DNA from: Tricharina praecox
Taxonomy: Eukaryota
DNA: 64,000 nucleotides
Direction: 5' to 3'
Assembly: GCF_024521635.1 (NCBI RefSeq)
Contig: NW_026250403.1
Span: forward strand, 1,984,001-2,048,000
Under the pieces are notes generated by a model, which did no database searches, was not told the DNA's origin, and saw only the letters and a list, made by a program, of their open reading frames with translations. Positions 50,001 through 63,482 of this stretch are shown one piece after another. The position numbers and the translations under genes are program-made. How positions within the stretch are numbered: position 1 is the stretch's first letter; each line of letters begins with the position of its first letter.

Positions 50001-53000
50001 TTCGGACATCAGATCGCACTCGGATCCATCTGAGACTTTGGGCCTCCGGACGATCCAGTCATAACACGGACGCCGGGCCAGCATTCGCTGCAATGCGGCG
50101 TGCCAATCCCTCCCAAGCCCATCGTTCGACGTCGCAACAACTCGTGCGTGAGACGGTCCGCACACAGAAAGAGTTTAGGAGGTGGCTGTTGTCGAAGAAC
50201 AACTCATCGTTTCCATTTTGAACGGGGCCGAGGAGAGCTACAAACATGGGGTCTGTTACGGATTTTGTTATTCTATGCAGCGCCAGCTATGATGTCCAGG
50301 AGACGAGCGGCTAGCAGGAGCGAACGGACGGGAGACAATCAGAACACGACATTTATCAGCATTTGTGCTGACTTTCTCTGGCGTCTCCTGCACCTGCGAA
50401 CTGCTTGCCAGCTGCACACGCTAAGTCTCGTTCCGATTTTCGATACCTGTGAGCATTTTTTGTGAGCGAGTTGTTCGGAGGGCAAACTTAGCTTGTGCCT
50501 TCCCCGCTTGAACCGCTTGTATCACGGTTGACCTAGTCGCAGCGGGCAGCCAATTGGAAGGGCCGCAGTTTTGCTCGAATAACAGAATGAGGAAGGATAG
50601 CTCGTGACACGGGATCGGACGCGATGCCTAATCCAGCGGACACAGCATAATAATCGTCGATATGGGATATGATGGCGGTTAACGGGGGACAACGGTGAGG
50701 CCGAGAGCGACAAGAAAGAGCGGGCGGGGACTTTTGCAGCTCGCTCAGCCTTGCCGACAAACGCCGCAGTTGTAACTTGCGACTGCGGTGGGTGCGGGTG
50801 AGTAAATGTGGCCGGCCGGCGACGGTTGCCACGGCCAATTCCCGGCCACGAGTACGGCTGCGACGGCCACGGTGCACGCGCAGAACAAAATGCCCCTCCC
50901 CCCCATTTTCGAACCAGAGGGCATACGCCAGTTGAGACCGGTTTAAGGTTCTCACGCACGGTGGTGGTCACTTGAACACACGTTCTCTCTGGCTTCGAGT
51001 GAGGGGGAGTATCACCCAAGATGGATGTTCAGCTCGCGTACGACACTGGTCGAATTGGATTCCGCAGGCCGGAGAGATCGTCATCATACAGCGCCCACGA
51101 TATTAGGTTTATGGGACGTGCGCAAGCTTAAGCGCATGGGTTGCTGGTGCAGCACACATCCATGCCCTTAGAGCTACGACAACATGCAACATCAAGCGCT
51201 GCCATTGGCTTCCTTTTTTAATCGCTATTTTGCTGCGACGGGCAATATTATTATTTTTATTTGCACGAAAATCCCCGCTTTCGAGACTCGCTTCAGCGAA
51301 CCGAATTCGCTGATTATTGCAGTGGCCTCGACGACTCTACGCATGCCCTGAGAACCAATTGGACCAAGCCCCCACAATTGCTAGAATCACAGGTATTCAC
51401 CATCCCCGTCGTATATCCCGCCACCACTCACGCAACGCCGGGTCCCAATCCGCTGCTGAGGATCCACCGCCGTCAATCGCTCAACCGCCCCCCGATTTAT
51501 TAATCGAATCGAGAAAAATAATTTGGGAAAATAGATACAAAAGATAATGGATTTCAATGCTATTCGGCCAGAGTTATGTACGAAATACGGGTATGTCGAC
51601 TGGGATGGCCCGCCCGCCGGAGGCAACGGCAAAGAGCCTCCAAGAGGCTACAGTTACATTGTACTTGCCGAGAGACATCAACGGCAGCTAGGGACAAGTA
51701 GGGAAGTACTGAGTCGAGGAAGTGCCGACTAATTGGCCCTGAAGCACAGACAGAACCGAACCCCCCCTCCACCGCCAGTGCCATCGAAATCGGCATCTCC
51801 CAGAGATCTAGAGTCCATTGGTCTCTACAGGCACACGGAGATATCAATCAGGGCATGCTGGTGGGGAAAGGCAGGAAGATGATGTTTCGATGAGTATTGA
51901 GCTGATCTACTGGCGGAGTACTGACGGTAGAGTATTCCTTACACTGCTGCTGCTCCGATTAATTGCTCTCTACACATCAGCATAGCAGCGACGATCTATC
52001 TATCTGTCTGCTGCGAAGTGCAGAAGATATTACTCTCATCTGGCATCAGCGGCGAGCGAATTGGTGGCGGGAGGCCATTGCTTTGCCTTCTGGCACACCG
52101 TCATTGTTCATTCCCCGGCCACGTCCTAATATCGGTATGTATTTGTCGCAGATGCATCATCATCGTTGTGGTTCTTGGTGTTGAGCAATCGGATTGGGAG
52201 GGGCCGGCGGGGGGGTGGGGGGGGGGGGGGGGGGACTTCTGGTGGGCAGGGTCCCCATACATAGAATCTTCTGTGGTGGCTACACCCAATACACCCAAAC
52301 CACCAGTCTATCGTCGCGGTCGAGGCTGCTGTTAGCCCGTCGGCCATTGCGGGCAACAGCTACGTGGCATGGGGATGGATGGGGAACTGACTGACTGCGA
52401 GTGAGCGGTGTTTTGCAACGGGGAGTTGCGTTCTTTTTTTTTCCTTTCCACTATTGCCTCGACCACTTCCGGGCTCACCGAGTTCGGGGATTCGACGGGG
52501 ACGTCAAGTGGTCACGATGGCGATTTGCCCCACGGACGGCGGCGGCGGATACGGACGAGCACGAGGAATTTTATTGTATTCGCGACAGTGGCGCGCTGGT
52601 CGCAACTGGCGGACGCCGGACGGTTCTGCTGCTGCTGCCCACGAGCTCCCTCGCAGTTTTGGCGGTTAGTTTCAAAAACCCTTCACATGTCACGCCCATG
52701 TCCGTGAGGGGTATACGTCGAGAGTCGAGATGATGGGGGGTGGACATGGGCGATGCAGTCGGCTGCATCGGGGTCTTAATATCATGTTTCCTGCAGATGC
52801 AAACATGGTAGTCATGTATGTGTGAGGATGTGTACATGCCTACCTAACGTATCTACTTTTCCAGCAGGCGGTGATAGGGTGTAGGTGGGTGTCTTGCCTA
52901 CATGTAATGGTGACCCGAGATATGTATTGGAGATCCCTCAGGGAAGCGTGGATATGCGTGGGCTCAACGTCCAAGCGTATAATTATTATTGTTGTGGCTT

Positions 53001-54363
53001 CTCGCGGAGAATCCGGCGGCGGAGGAATAACAAGTACATACAGAGACAGGCGGCGGCGGCCATGGCAATGCCATGAAGTCGAAAAGAAAAGAAAAGAAAA
53101 GAAATAGCATCATGCGGGGCCGGGGCCGGGGAAGGACGAAAAAGGAAAAACGAAAGCCAAAAGGAATTCAAGCTCCAGCTCCTATGTACCTACTCTACGG
53201 TGTGAATGTATGATATGTACTGCCTCCACCGGTACATACAGACTCGGGGCTAGTTCGAATAGCTATCCAGCTCCGAGAACGCTTTGTTTCTTTACCTAAG
53301 GACTCAAGATAGAGCACTCTATCGAGCCTCTTGACCAGTACTTCCCATCCTTATCTCACGCTCCTCACTCTGCGCCATCGCAGATTTTGCGTGTGGCGGG
53401 AGCGGGGATCGACGGCAGACCAGAGAAGAGATTACCGCCAGAAGACGCGCAGCATAGTGGGGCTTGTTACCCGGCCCTTGGCGGAGCGCAGCCCGGCTAG
53501 ACTACCAAAAATAGGCGGCTAACCCCTCCCTCCCTCCACTCCTCCCCTACCTTACTTTGCTCCCCTACCTCAGTCTTTGCCTTCCATCAGATCCAATGCC
53601 AGCGCACCCTGCATGCAGGCCGTTCGTCACTGCATCTCTTCAAGCTGCACATCTCATTCCCTAGTCCCAGTTCCCCGCTTGCCCCCCCCCCCCATCGAAA
53701 GAGAAGAGGAAAAAAATCCCCCCCCCCCCCCGCCCTCTGTTCGAACTGAACCCCACCGCCGCGACGAATCGAAGCAGGCCACGGATTACTACCGGCCAGT
53801 AGTGTCGTTTCGCGGCTCTCATTCGATGACAACGTGTTTTGGCAGGGGCCGACACTGGATGAACGAGGGGTAGAGCGAAGGGAGGGGGGAGGGCTCGAGG
53901 GCTTGAGGGCTTGACGGAGGGAGGGGGAGGGGCAGAGGCACGACACAGCAAACAAATGGTTTGACCGACGCGGGCCTACCGAGCGAGCTAATGGTACTGT
54001 ACCTGCTAGCTATGCCATGTAGTATGAAGTACTTCGCTCACTACATACATACAAGTATGCCTACTACATACGTCTACATACATCATACCTGCCTGTCCTC
54101 TACCGTCTATCTATTGAGCGCCTCTCCGCGTTATGCTGTCCATGGTGGGCAGTTGACGCTCGGTTCACGGATGATGATGATCATGAATCAGCGGAATGGG
54201 AGGTGGTTGACGAGGTGGTTGAGGAGGACAGAGGGCGTCGGTCGTCGGCTACCTACGCGATGAGCGGGACCGATAGGACAATGGACTAGGATCTGTTCCG
54301 ATGGGATGGAATGTTCGTAGCAGGGATTCGGGGTTGGTTGGTTGCTTTTCCAACGCCGTGACG

Positions 54364-54451
54364 CTGGTGGGCTGGTGGGCTGGTGGGCTGGTGGGCTGGC
54401 TGGTGGGCTGGTGGGCTGGCTGGTGGGCTGGTGGGCTGGCTGGTGGGCTGG
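54364..54451. repeat. (GCTGGTGG)n / (GGCT)n compound repeat
   Basis: Read directly: gctggtgggctggtgggctggtggg... Confidence 0.9.
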
Positions 54452-55782
54452 ATTATGTTTCGACGATGGCGGCGGTCCAGCGGGGGGAAGGGGTGGGGTG
54501 AATCGCTGTTGAAGCGCAGAGATGGCAGGCGGACAGCAGGCGCAAAAGTTTGGTCGAAGTCTCCGGTGTTTCTCTCTCCCACAGTACACTGCGGTGATCG
54601 GCCGAGTTGTGGGCGGCGTGCGGGCGGACAAGGTAGCGAGTGATAGTCCGTCCTCGTCCCCGACCGGCGTAGCTGCTGCGTGGTTTTTGTCATTGTCTCT
54701 TTCATGTTTCCCCGTCGACTTTCTGCTTTCTGCTTTCTTTTTTCTTATTTTCGCGGGGCATGCGCAGGATGGACGTCCGGACCGCAGGAGGCGGAGAGAA
54801 CGTGGGGGATAGACGTTCGGAACGAATTGCGTCCTGGCCTTCTTTTTTTTTTGTTGGTCTACCTACCATCGCCGGCAGGATGCTGATAGGCGGTCGTCGC
54901 CATGGTTGATGAGGATGCCGCTTGGTGGGGAATGGGAAGGCCAGGGCAGGAAGCACAACATCCACCAGTCACGCATCTCCGGCACGTTTTTGGCCGGGGG
55001 GGTATAAGTCTTTTTCCTTTCTTTTTACGTGTTGTCTCTCTCTCTCTCTTCCTTTTCGCCTCAACCCTTTTATCCGATTTAATATTCCATTCTTTTTTTC
55101 CATTTCTTTTTTCTTTTGCATTTACGCCATTAACTCAGCGAGTATTCTCCAAAACCGCTTCTTACCCTTTCCCGCTCCTGCTGCAGCTGCTCTACTCTAC
55201 TCCAGGGTAGGGTACATTTGCGTTTTTCGACTGCTGCTGCTCCTTGACTCGCCCGGGCGGGAGGTCACCACGCTCCCCGTATAACGGTCCTAGCCATCCC
55301 CTCCCCCCTCCCACCAATTCCTGCCTGTCCGTGTCTCACCTCCTCGGTTCTCGCATGGGATGGATGGATGCTGGGATGGATGAACTGATGATGCTATGAT
55401 GCCGGACGGAGGAATGAGCTACCTTACCTTACCTTACCTCCCCAGCTATGTGGCTTGCTGCTTGCTTGCTGCTGTGTTTTCAAACTTTCCCACCCGCCAG
55501 CCGCCCTTCCTCTTCTTCTTTGTTGTCGTGGACAAGGCAGGGCCAGGACTCAGGACTCAGGACTCAGGAGGATCATTCCAAAAACAAAAATAAAAAATAA
55601 AAAGGGGATAGTGAGGCCGTTGTCGCTGTCGCTGTCGGCGTCGTTGTCGTTGCAGTGTGGATGTCTTCGTTGTTGTTGATGCTGTTGTTGACAGTTGTTG
55701 CTGTTGTTGTGTGCGCGTTAAGTGATGGATATCACAGGAAACCCTGTCGCCCAGTGCACTCGCTATGGTTGTGCACATCCCG

Positions 55783-55916
55783 GTGATGATGATGATGATG
55801 ATGATGATGCTGCTGATGCTGATGCTGATGCTGCTGCTATTGTTGCTGCTGGTGGTGGTGGTGGTACTGGTGGTGATGGAGGTGGTGGAGGTGGTGGAGG
55901 TGGAGTGTGGTGGTTG

Positions 55917-55949
<33 letters not shown>
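55783..55949. repeat. Compound trinucleotide microsatellite (GAT/GCT/GGT)
   Basis: Read directly. Confidence 0.9.
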
Positions 55950-58483
55950 CGGTGCAAACAAAGCCGCTAACTCCCTAGCCATGTACTTAGCTTACCGAGC
56001 GGCTTCATGAGAGACAAGCCCGCGCGAGAGTAGATGGCCGGGGTGGAGGGTGGAGGAGGGGTTACGTGGTGGTGGCTGCTGCTGCTGCCGTGAATCGGGA
56101 CTTTTTTTTTGTTCCCTCCCCAAGATCTTGAGGACCGACTGACCGACGGAATGCTAGTTAGTACTGTACCGTACGTAGCCCTCGGCGGTCCAAACTGCCT
56201 AGAGCAGAGAAACTAGGGCAAAGACGATGGACGAGTGGTGTTGTGTTCCGGACGTGCCGCCGTGGATTATTCACATTCAACCTCAACCTCCACCTCCAAA
56301 GCAGCAGCTGGTCCCCCTCCTCAGTACTCCTCCTCCTCTTGCCTGCCTGCCTGCCTGCCGATATGTACGACCGATATGTACGAGTGCAGATGCACATTGC
56401 ACATATGCCGGTGTAGGCAGGGTGGAGGTACATACATGCCTCGCCACACTCGAGCGCACATACTGGTTACTACTGCTACTGTTACTATTACTGCTGCTGC
56501 TAGTTACTACTACTATTACGATTACCGCTACTACTGCTACTACTACTCTACATACATGCGACCGTCCTGTCCCACTCGTGCTGCTCAACTTAGTACCCTA
56601 TAGGTAATCCGCAACGCCAGCTGCTGCAGACCAGGAGGGAGGGACATGAGTGAAGCAGCTGCACAGAGAGAGCGAGAGTGAGTGAGGGGTGGAGAGAGTC
56701 GCGCGCTCGCTTGCTGGGCCACAGCTCGACCCCCTCTACTCTAGACCCGCAGCCCCACCGCCGCTCCCCTCGCCCCTCCCCTCCTGTCCGGAGTAGTCCT
56801 CAACGTACGTCCTCGTCCCATCCTCCCCCGCCGCCGCCAGTGGCTCAATGGCAGCAGCAGCAGTAGCAAGTGGCGATATGGTACCGGCAGTCCGAGCGCT
56901 CAGACTGGCGCTGGTATGTACATGGTACATCACTACTTGCAATTGCAGCCTGGCCCGATGGTGGGCCGTCGATAGCGCGCGCGGCGATGGCTGATGGCTG
57001 ATGGAGGGGGCCCGCCGGCCCGTGACGATTGATTGCTTGATCCATTGATTGATCCATTGATTGATTGCGCGCGCGCGGGCGCGTTGGTGGTGTTTGTGAG
57101 CGGCGGAGACGTGTGACTTGCGATGTTGTGAGTGCGTGCGTTGCTTTTCTTGCCGTACTGGCCGTCCTGGCCCGACCGACTGCCTGCCCGCCCGCCAGCC
57201 TATCGGTATTTCTACGGAGTCGTCGAACTAGCTAACTGCCCAGTGCTCATTGTACACGGTACAGACCGTTTAACGATATGTGCTCGACCGCGGCTGGTGA
57301 TTCGAAAAAGTCCGCTCCACGCCCGCAATAATCAGCGGCCACGGCATCCCTCACCACCCCATGGCCCATCGTTGGCCATCTGCCTGCCTACCTGCCTGCC
57401 TACCTACAGACCTACCTCCTACCTGCCTACCTGCCTGGCCAGGGCCCTCCCTGCCTGGCTGGCCTCCTCCTCCTCATCGTCCTCCTCCTCCTCCTGCTCC
57501 CCCCGTCCATCCTCTCCTCTCGCCATCCGTCGTCGTGTGTCTCTCTCTGTTCCCTGCCGATGCTGTCCGTCGCTGCTCTGTTCGGGTCGTGCATACTTGG
57601 GATTCGCACACCCAATACCGGCTGCATCTGGAATTGCTTGCCTCGTCCCCGACTATCCACTCCCTCCTGATCTGATCTCCCCTCCAACAACTGCGTTGCT
57701 CTGCGTTTGCTACCTCCACACCCAGTACTCTATTCTGGTACGGACCACAACTGTCCGCCCTTTCCTCTTCCTGTACATTGCTGCTTTATCTTCCGTATAC
57801 TTCCCTGCCCTCCTCGTCCTCCTGCTCCTCGTCCTCCTGCTCCGCCTGCTTGCTGCTCTCCATCTCGCTCTCCCTCACCACCACCGCCAGCTACTGTTGT
57901 TCTCTAGCCCCACTACTGCTAACTCTCCCACAACCACCACTACCCCCCCTCCCGCATTCCGCTGTGTGATCACTCTCCTCAACCCTTCATCTTCCATCGT
58001 CAAAACCATACACAAACTCGTCCATCTATGCAGCCATCCTTGTCTCGTACATAGCCCTTCGAGCCTGCAGCCACTCCCCCCCTCCCACCCTCCCACCCTC
58101 ATCCACTTCCCACCCTTACATCTTCCGCACTACCCACACCCCCCCCCCCCCCCCCCCCCCCCCAATTACGCCAGACGCACAATCTGCTGCTAGAAAAGGC
58201 AGAACTTGTTTCGTTTGGTCAGTCCAGCTCGGCCTCCCACCCACCCCCAACAAGTAGTTTCTGGCCCGTATCTCCATCTTCGGTCCCCAAAAAACCTCCT
58301 CCCACTTCGGTTGTTTCCGGTAGCCACTTCCAAACACCCTCCCTCCCACCCGCCCGCCCTGCCACCATCGATCTCTTCTAGCTGCTTAGTTATTGTGTCG
58401 TGGCAATAGCGGGGTAGCTGTGCTTCCATCTGATATCTGGTTCATCTGAAGTCTGGATATCTTTCGATATTCGATTACCTACA

Positions 58484-58819
58484 GTAAGTCACACACAATC
58501 AACCCCTCCTTCAACCCCACCACCACCACATCCTCCTCCACCACCACCACCTACACCCTCCTCCACCCGCCTCCTCCGCCTCCCCCACCGCCTGGTAGGT
58601 ATAAGATGCCCTTTGGGCTTGCATCTTTCTGCCTCGACTGCTTTTTATCTTCCTTTCTTCTTCACAACACCCACCCACACCCACACTCAACATCAACATC
58701 ATCAAACAACATCCCAACCACCATCCCAACACCATCCCAACACCATCCCAACACCTTGCTATGTGCCTTTGAGCTTCACGGAAAAGACTAACTCGCTGCC
58801 CTTGCCATCCACACGATAG
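58484..58819 (+). other. Probable 336-nt intron in the 5' UTR of the Dot6-like gene
   Basis: Donor GTAAGT at 58484, branch ACTAAC at ~58787, and acceptor GATAG at 58819, 37 nt before the ATG. The donor choice is inferred. Confidence 0.55.
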
Positions 58820-58856
58820 ACTTCAACTCTCCCTTCAATCCCAGCATCAATCAACA

Positions 58857-60486
58857 ATGGCTTCAGCATCCTTCCCAACTTCGTCTTCGCGCGGTGTTAC
58901 GAGACAGCTCCCTGCTCCCGCTCCGCTCTGCACGACACTACCTCCCATGCCATCGACGGGTCTGTACCAGGCTCGTCAACCATCGTTGTCGAACGAGTCA
59001 TTGTATGCCCACACACAACACTATGCCCCAGACGCCTACTTCACGGCACCACACTCCAACCCTCCCTCGATGCCTTCGTCCACCGCGTCGACTCCCGCCC
59101 CCACATCGGCCCTAGGACGGGCAGATTCGCCCCAGCCTAGACGAAGCACCAGAGCGACCGCTACCAAGAGGGCTTCCATCTCCTCATTGCTTTCTTCGCC
59201 CGACAATTCGTCGGGCGCCGACAGCTCATCAGCGTCGTCGCCGCTGTACAATTGGTCGGGCAGTAGCTCGCCTACTACCGCTGGTACCACACGGAGCAAT
59301 TCCGTGGTTAACACGCCAGTCAGCATTCCTACACCAGCTAGCGCCTGTTTCGGCCCAATCGATTACGATCTGTCTCGAGATATGTACGGCACCCAGGACG
59401 AGGACAACAAGCTGTACACGGTCGGAGCTGTGAGGTCCAAGAAGGGCAGAAAGTTTGTTTTTACCACATCCACATAACATTGAGTCTCCACATGCTGATT
59501 TTTTCCCCCTCGATAAAGCTCTCCTCGTACCGGTCCCAACGTCACGGAAGTCAATCGCGATGAATACGACGTCCTTGGTCGCAAGAAGTCAGTGCCTAGT
59601 TTTTCCAGTTGGCTCACGTGATCTGTACTAACAAATCATCCAGGCCCAAGACCCCACGAACTCCCATGTCATGGGACCCCAATGATGATATCCTCCTGAA
59701 GCAATTAAAGGAAGAGCAGAGGCTCGGATGGAAAGAAATCGCCACACACTGTAAGAACTTTTTTTCTTATTTTTATTTTCGGTGGTGTGAGAATTTGCCC
59801 GGCTAACATGCGTGTGCTCAGTTCGTGGCAGGACTTCCCATGCTTGTCAATTCCGATGGCGTCGCCTTGCATCTGGTCAGTTGAAATACTACCAGGGTCA
59901 CCGCCGCCCTCCGCCAGTCACCACCACTTCCGCTTCTTTCGCCAATGAGATGGCCTCAACCGCCACTGCCGGCACCATTTCATCGAGCCCTAAGATTCTG
60001 ATGAACTCACTTCACGGCACTTCGCCGTCCGCAACCACTCCGCGTGCACTTCATGCGATCCCGCACATGTCCCCGACTACGGAATCTGCACTTCCACCCA
60101 TGCACCACAATCTCTATCAAGTTGTGCAGCCCAACTGGGGGCAGTCTGCCAGTCTCTTCCAACCGACCCCGCTTCCGTCGCCGACTTCGTATGCAGCCCG
60201 CTTCATGATCGAAGACCATCGGGAACCCCACAGCAACTGGTCCGAACAAGAGGATGACCTGTTGCTCAACCGCAAGCTCAGCTTCGATGAGGTCAACGTT
60301 TTGCTCGCCGGCAGAAGCGAGTCCGAGATCTGGAGCAGGATGGTCAAGCTCCGCGAGAACGAGATGACCCACAGGCAGGCCATGATGCCCATGCACTGCA
60401 TGAGTGAGGTCCGCAGAGAAAGCTACGAGGAGAGAATTCCCGGCATTGGAAGCGTAGCCATGAGCTACCACACCGCCTCAAGGTGA
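58857..60486 (+). CDS. DOT6: Myb/SANT-domain transcription factor, Dot6/Tod6-like; 4 exons (58857-59452, 59519-59587, 59644-59750, 59822-60486), 478 aa
   Basis: The spliced Myb repeat SWDPNDDILLKQLKEEQRLGWKEIATHFRGRTSHACQFRWRRLASGQLK closely resembles the yeast Dot6/Tod6 repeat (WDP.DD.LL..LKE....GWK.I..YF..RT..ACQFRWRRL.SG.LK, recalled). A second degenerate repeat reads WSEQEDDLLLNRKLSFDEVNVLLAGRSESEIWSRM. Linkers are Ser/Thr-rich and junctions are in frame. Confidence 0.85.
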
Positions 60487-61603
60487 TGATGATGATGAGG
60501 AGGCATCCAAACGACAGAGCGCCCCTCTCTCTATCTCAGGGTCGGGGCTGAATGTTTTGACTCGATCTTTTTTTTTTTCTTTTTCATATTTCTTCCATCC
60601 TTTTCCATCACCTCACGACATCTCGATTTATTTCTATCCTATCTCCTTATCTTTTTGATGGGTTTTCTTACGGAGCATTTTACTTTGGGTGGCGGGGGGG
60701 TTATTTTTCTTTCTCCGAATTTCTGGAGGAGCTTCCGGATATGGTGTTGCTTGCTTGCTTTGTACTTTTTGGTGTTTTTTTTTTTGTTCCCTGCGCGATG
60801 GCTTTTTCCCTTCTGCGGGTCACACAGTCCTCACGACAGGGCAAGGGGTGTTGTGCACCTCATCGGATCTGATGTTTGGATCCGAGCGTGGACATGCCAT
60901 TTCCGGCACCGATGATATTTCGACTTCTTCTGCTTCTTGTCTATGATTTCTGGGCACGTACCAACGGGTTTTCTCTTTTTTAATGGCTGGGGTCTGGGAC
61001 TTCTTTCACGACTACCAACGACGAAACGACACTATGATGAGGACGGTCAACGACTATCACGATTACGAATTATTAACGACTCTGGGGGAGCTTTTGTTTT
61101 TGCGATTTTTTTTTTGAGCTGGAGTGTGTATATCTCCTTACGGTACTTTGGGTGGTGGAGGGTTGGGGGTTTGGGTATGGGGTGTTTGGGAACCGGCGGT
61201 CAGGCCTGGGGTTTGGGATGGAGTTTTTGCTTTTCGGGGTCTAACTTTCTTACGGGTTTGGGTGGGGGGTCCGGGTGGGGGAGGGGTTTTCATCAAAAGT
61301 TTTGGGTTGGCGAAGGGATTTATACGGGACTGTCTTGGGATAAAGATACAGGTTATAGGGATTATTGGGGGGGGGTATTTGGCAGGCATTTTAGAGAGGA
61401 GGATACGCCGAGTACATCTTGTGGAGGAACTGGGATCTTGGTGTACTCTAGAGAAGGAATCAATGGCTTGAATCGATTGATCTGATTGGGAAAGAATTGG
61501 CGGTGTCCTTCGAGGAGCGTGCTGCAAGTCTTGCCTGTTGCTTGCATACTTCATCTTGCGTTCATCTGTTTGTTCTCCCATCCACCCGTCCAGGTTTTGC
61601 CAT

Positions 61604-61665
61604 GTGGTGGTGGTGGTGGTGGTGGTGGTGGTGGTGGTGGTGGTGGTGGTGGTGGTGGTGGTGGT
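61604..61665. repeat. (GGT)n microsatellite, ~20 units
   Basis: Read directly. Confidence 0.95.
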
Positions 61666-62424
61666 TGTGCTTGCTGCTGCCATGCCATGCCATGGTGCTT
61701 TCGATGTGGGGTTGTCGATCCGTCGGTAAGTTTCCGCTTGGAAGAGACCGTTACGGGGGCGAAACGCATGGAGCGAAGCCTTCCAGAAGCCGCAATCCAT
61801 ACCCTCCACCCGGTGGCCGGGGGGGCACCACCACACCACATTTTCTGTCATTTTGAGGGAGGGGCAAACAGTCGCCATGACCGCAGTCTGCAGCCGCGAC
61901 GGAGGAGTTCACGATCAGCTCTGCTGCAGCGTGGACCGTGGACCATGGCTAGAAGGCCAGCGCACGCACGCGCAGAGCCTGGCTTTTTCTTTTTCTACAT
62001 GATGTATGTATGTAGGAGGCCTGGGGGCATGCATGCGTTTCTACTTGTACTCGTACAACGTCGTCGGTTCCCGTTGCTTTGATGGGCATGGGCATGGAGG
62101 AGTGCGTGGGTTCGTCTCGACTATCGATTGTCGGGATAAGTTGAGGGTGGATGGTGGAGGGTGGAGTGTCAGTGACGTCGGTTCCCGGGGGGGGGGGGGG
62201 GGGGCTCCTTGACGGTGGGCACTGGGATATAGTATGTACTGCGCAGTGCGTCTAGATCTCGACTGTGGATGCCCTTCCCGTGGGGAACTGGCGGGGGTAG
62301 GGCGGTTTGATGGGATGGCCCGTGGATGGGTGGAGTATGGGGGGTGTGCGAGCGGGTAGGGGCGGGGCAGGACAAACGGGCAAGTGGGCGGGGGCGGGGC
62401 GGGGCGGGGCGGGTGGAGGGGGGA

Positions 62425-62530
62425 TGTCAATGGCGGATGTCAATGGCGGGTGTCAATGGCGGGTGTCAATGGCGGGTGTCAATGGCGGGTGTCAATGGCG
62501 GGTGTCAATGGCGGGTGTCAATGGCGGGTG
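62425..62530. repeat. 13-bp minisatellite TGTCAATGGCGGG, ~8 copies
   Basis: Read directly; units are nearly identical. Confidence 0.95.
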
Positions 62531-63482
62531 GCCACTTGCGGCTAATAACTACTTCAGTCGACCCGCCCTTTGTGTGCGGGACTCCGGGAAGCGGGAGGCG
62601 ACTACCTACGTCCTACTTTAGGTATCTACGCGGGTGTCGGCAGCGGTCAGCGGTCAGCTGTCACAGGTGGGAGGAATCTAGGTCTTTTGTGGCTTTGAAG
62701 TTTGTAGTATGTTTGTGGTACATAGGAGGTAGAAGTATGTAGAGTATGGTAGCTTGAGGGTAGTGTAGGTGTGTGGGTGTGGAATGTTTTCCCGTGAACA
62801 AGCAAGCAAGCAACGGCGGTGTACTGTACTCTGAAGTCAGTTCAAGCTACTGCGGCTCATCGAACCGCGCGCACGGCTTCAAAGAGCAGGGCTATAACTA
62901 GAGTACTGCACAGCTTTCGCTGGCGGCCCTGTAGGGCTCCATGGTACGCTTGTTGTCCACGCCTGCCAGCTCCCGCTCCTTAACTAACGGATTACGCAAC
63001 CGAGTGATATTTGTGGATCTGAGGAAAAAGTGTCGCGTGTCCGCCCAGAACTCGATAATGATCGGATAAATGTGGGGAGCGTGGTATGGAAATAGAGTAC
63101 GCCGATGGTTCCTGTCCTTCATATTAGATCAAGCAGAGCTAGATGTCAATAAAACATTCGTTTCGCTGTAGACCCTTAAGTATAGATACTGTTGGTTAAC
63201 CGTTGATGTCATCAACTTGGCTTGCAGGGATGTCGAGGTGAGACAGCTGTAAGGGTGCACACTGCACCGAAGCCCAACCTCCACCCCCCACAGCCCTGAG
63301 CTCCATATTGCCCCGACGAACGCCATCCAACAGGGCGTCACCACGAAACAGCTACCTTCACGACTCGTTATCTACACCCCACCACCGTGCGGCAGAGCGG
63401 TTCTCCGTTCCGTTCGAAGACGGCCTCGACGACGACGACGAAGTGGCCGTGTCCTGCCGTCCCCGGGAGCTCGATCAAAAGG

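Noticed and set aside
57132-58193. 353-aa plus-strand ORF upstream of the Dot6-like gene
   Set aside because: GTG start in C/T-rich low-complexity sequence that is naturally stop-poor. More likely promoter or 5' leader.
60655-62742. Several ORFs of 100-250 aa with poly-G/W/V/T/P runs or repeated MAGVNGGCQWRVS
   Set aside because: Translations of the (GGT)n microsatellite, the 13-bp minisatellite and the T-rich 3' UTR region.
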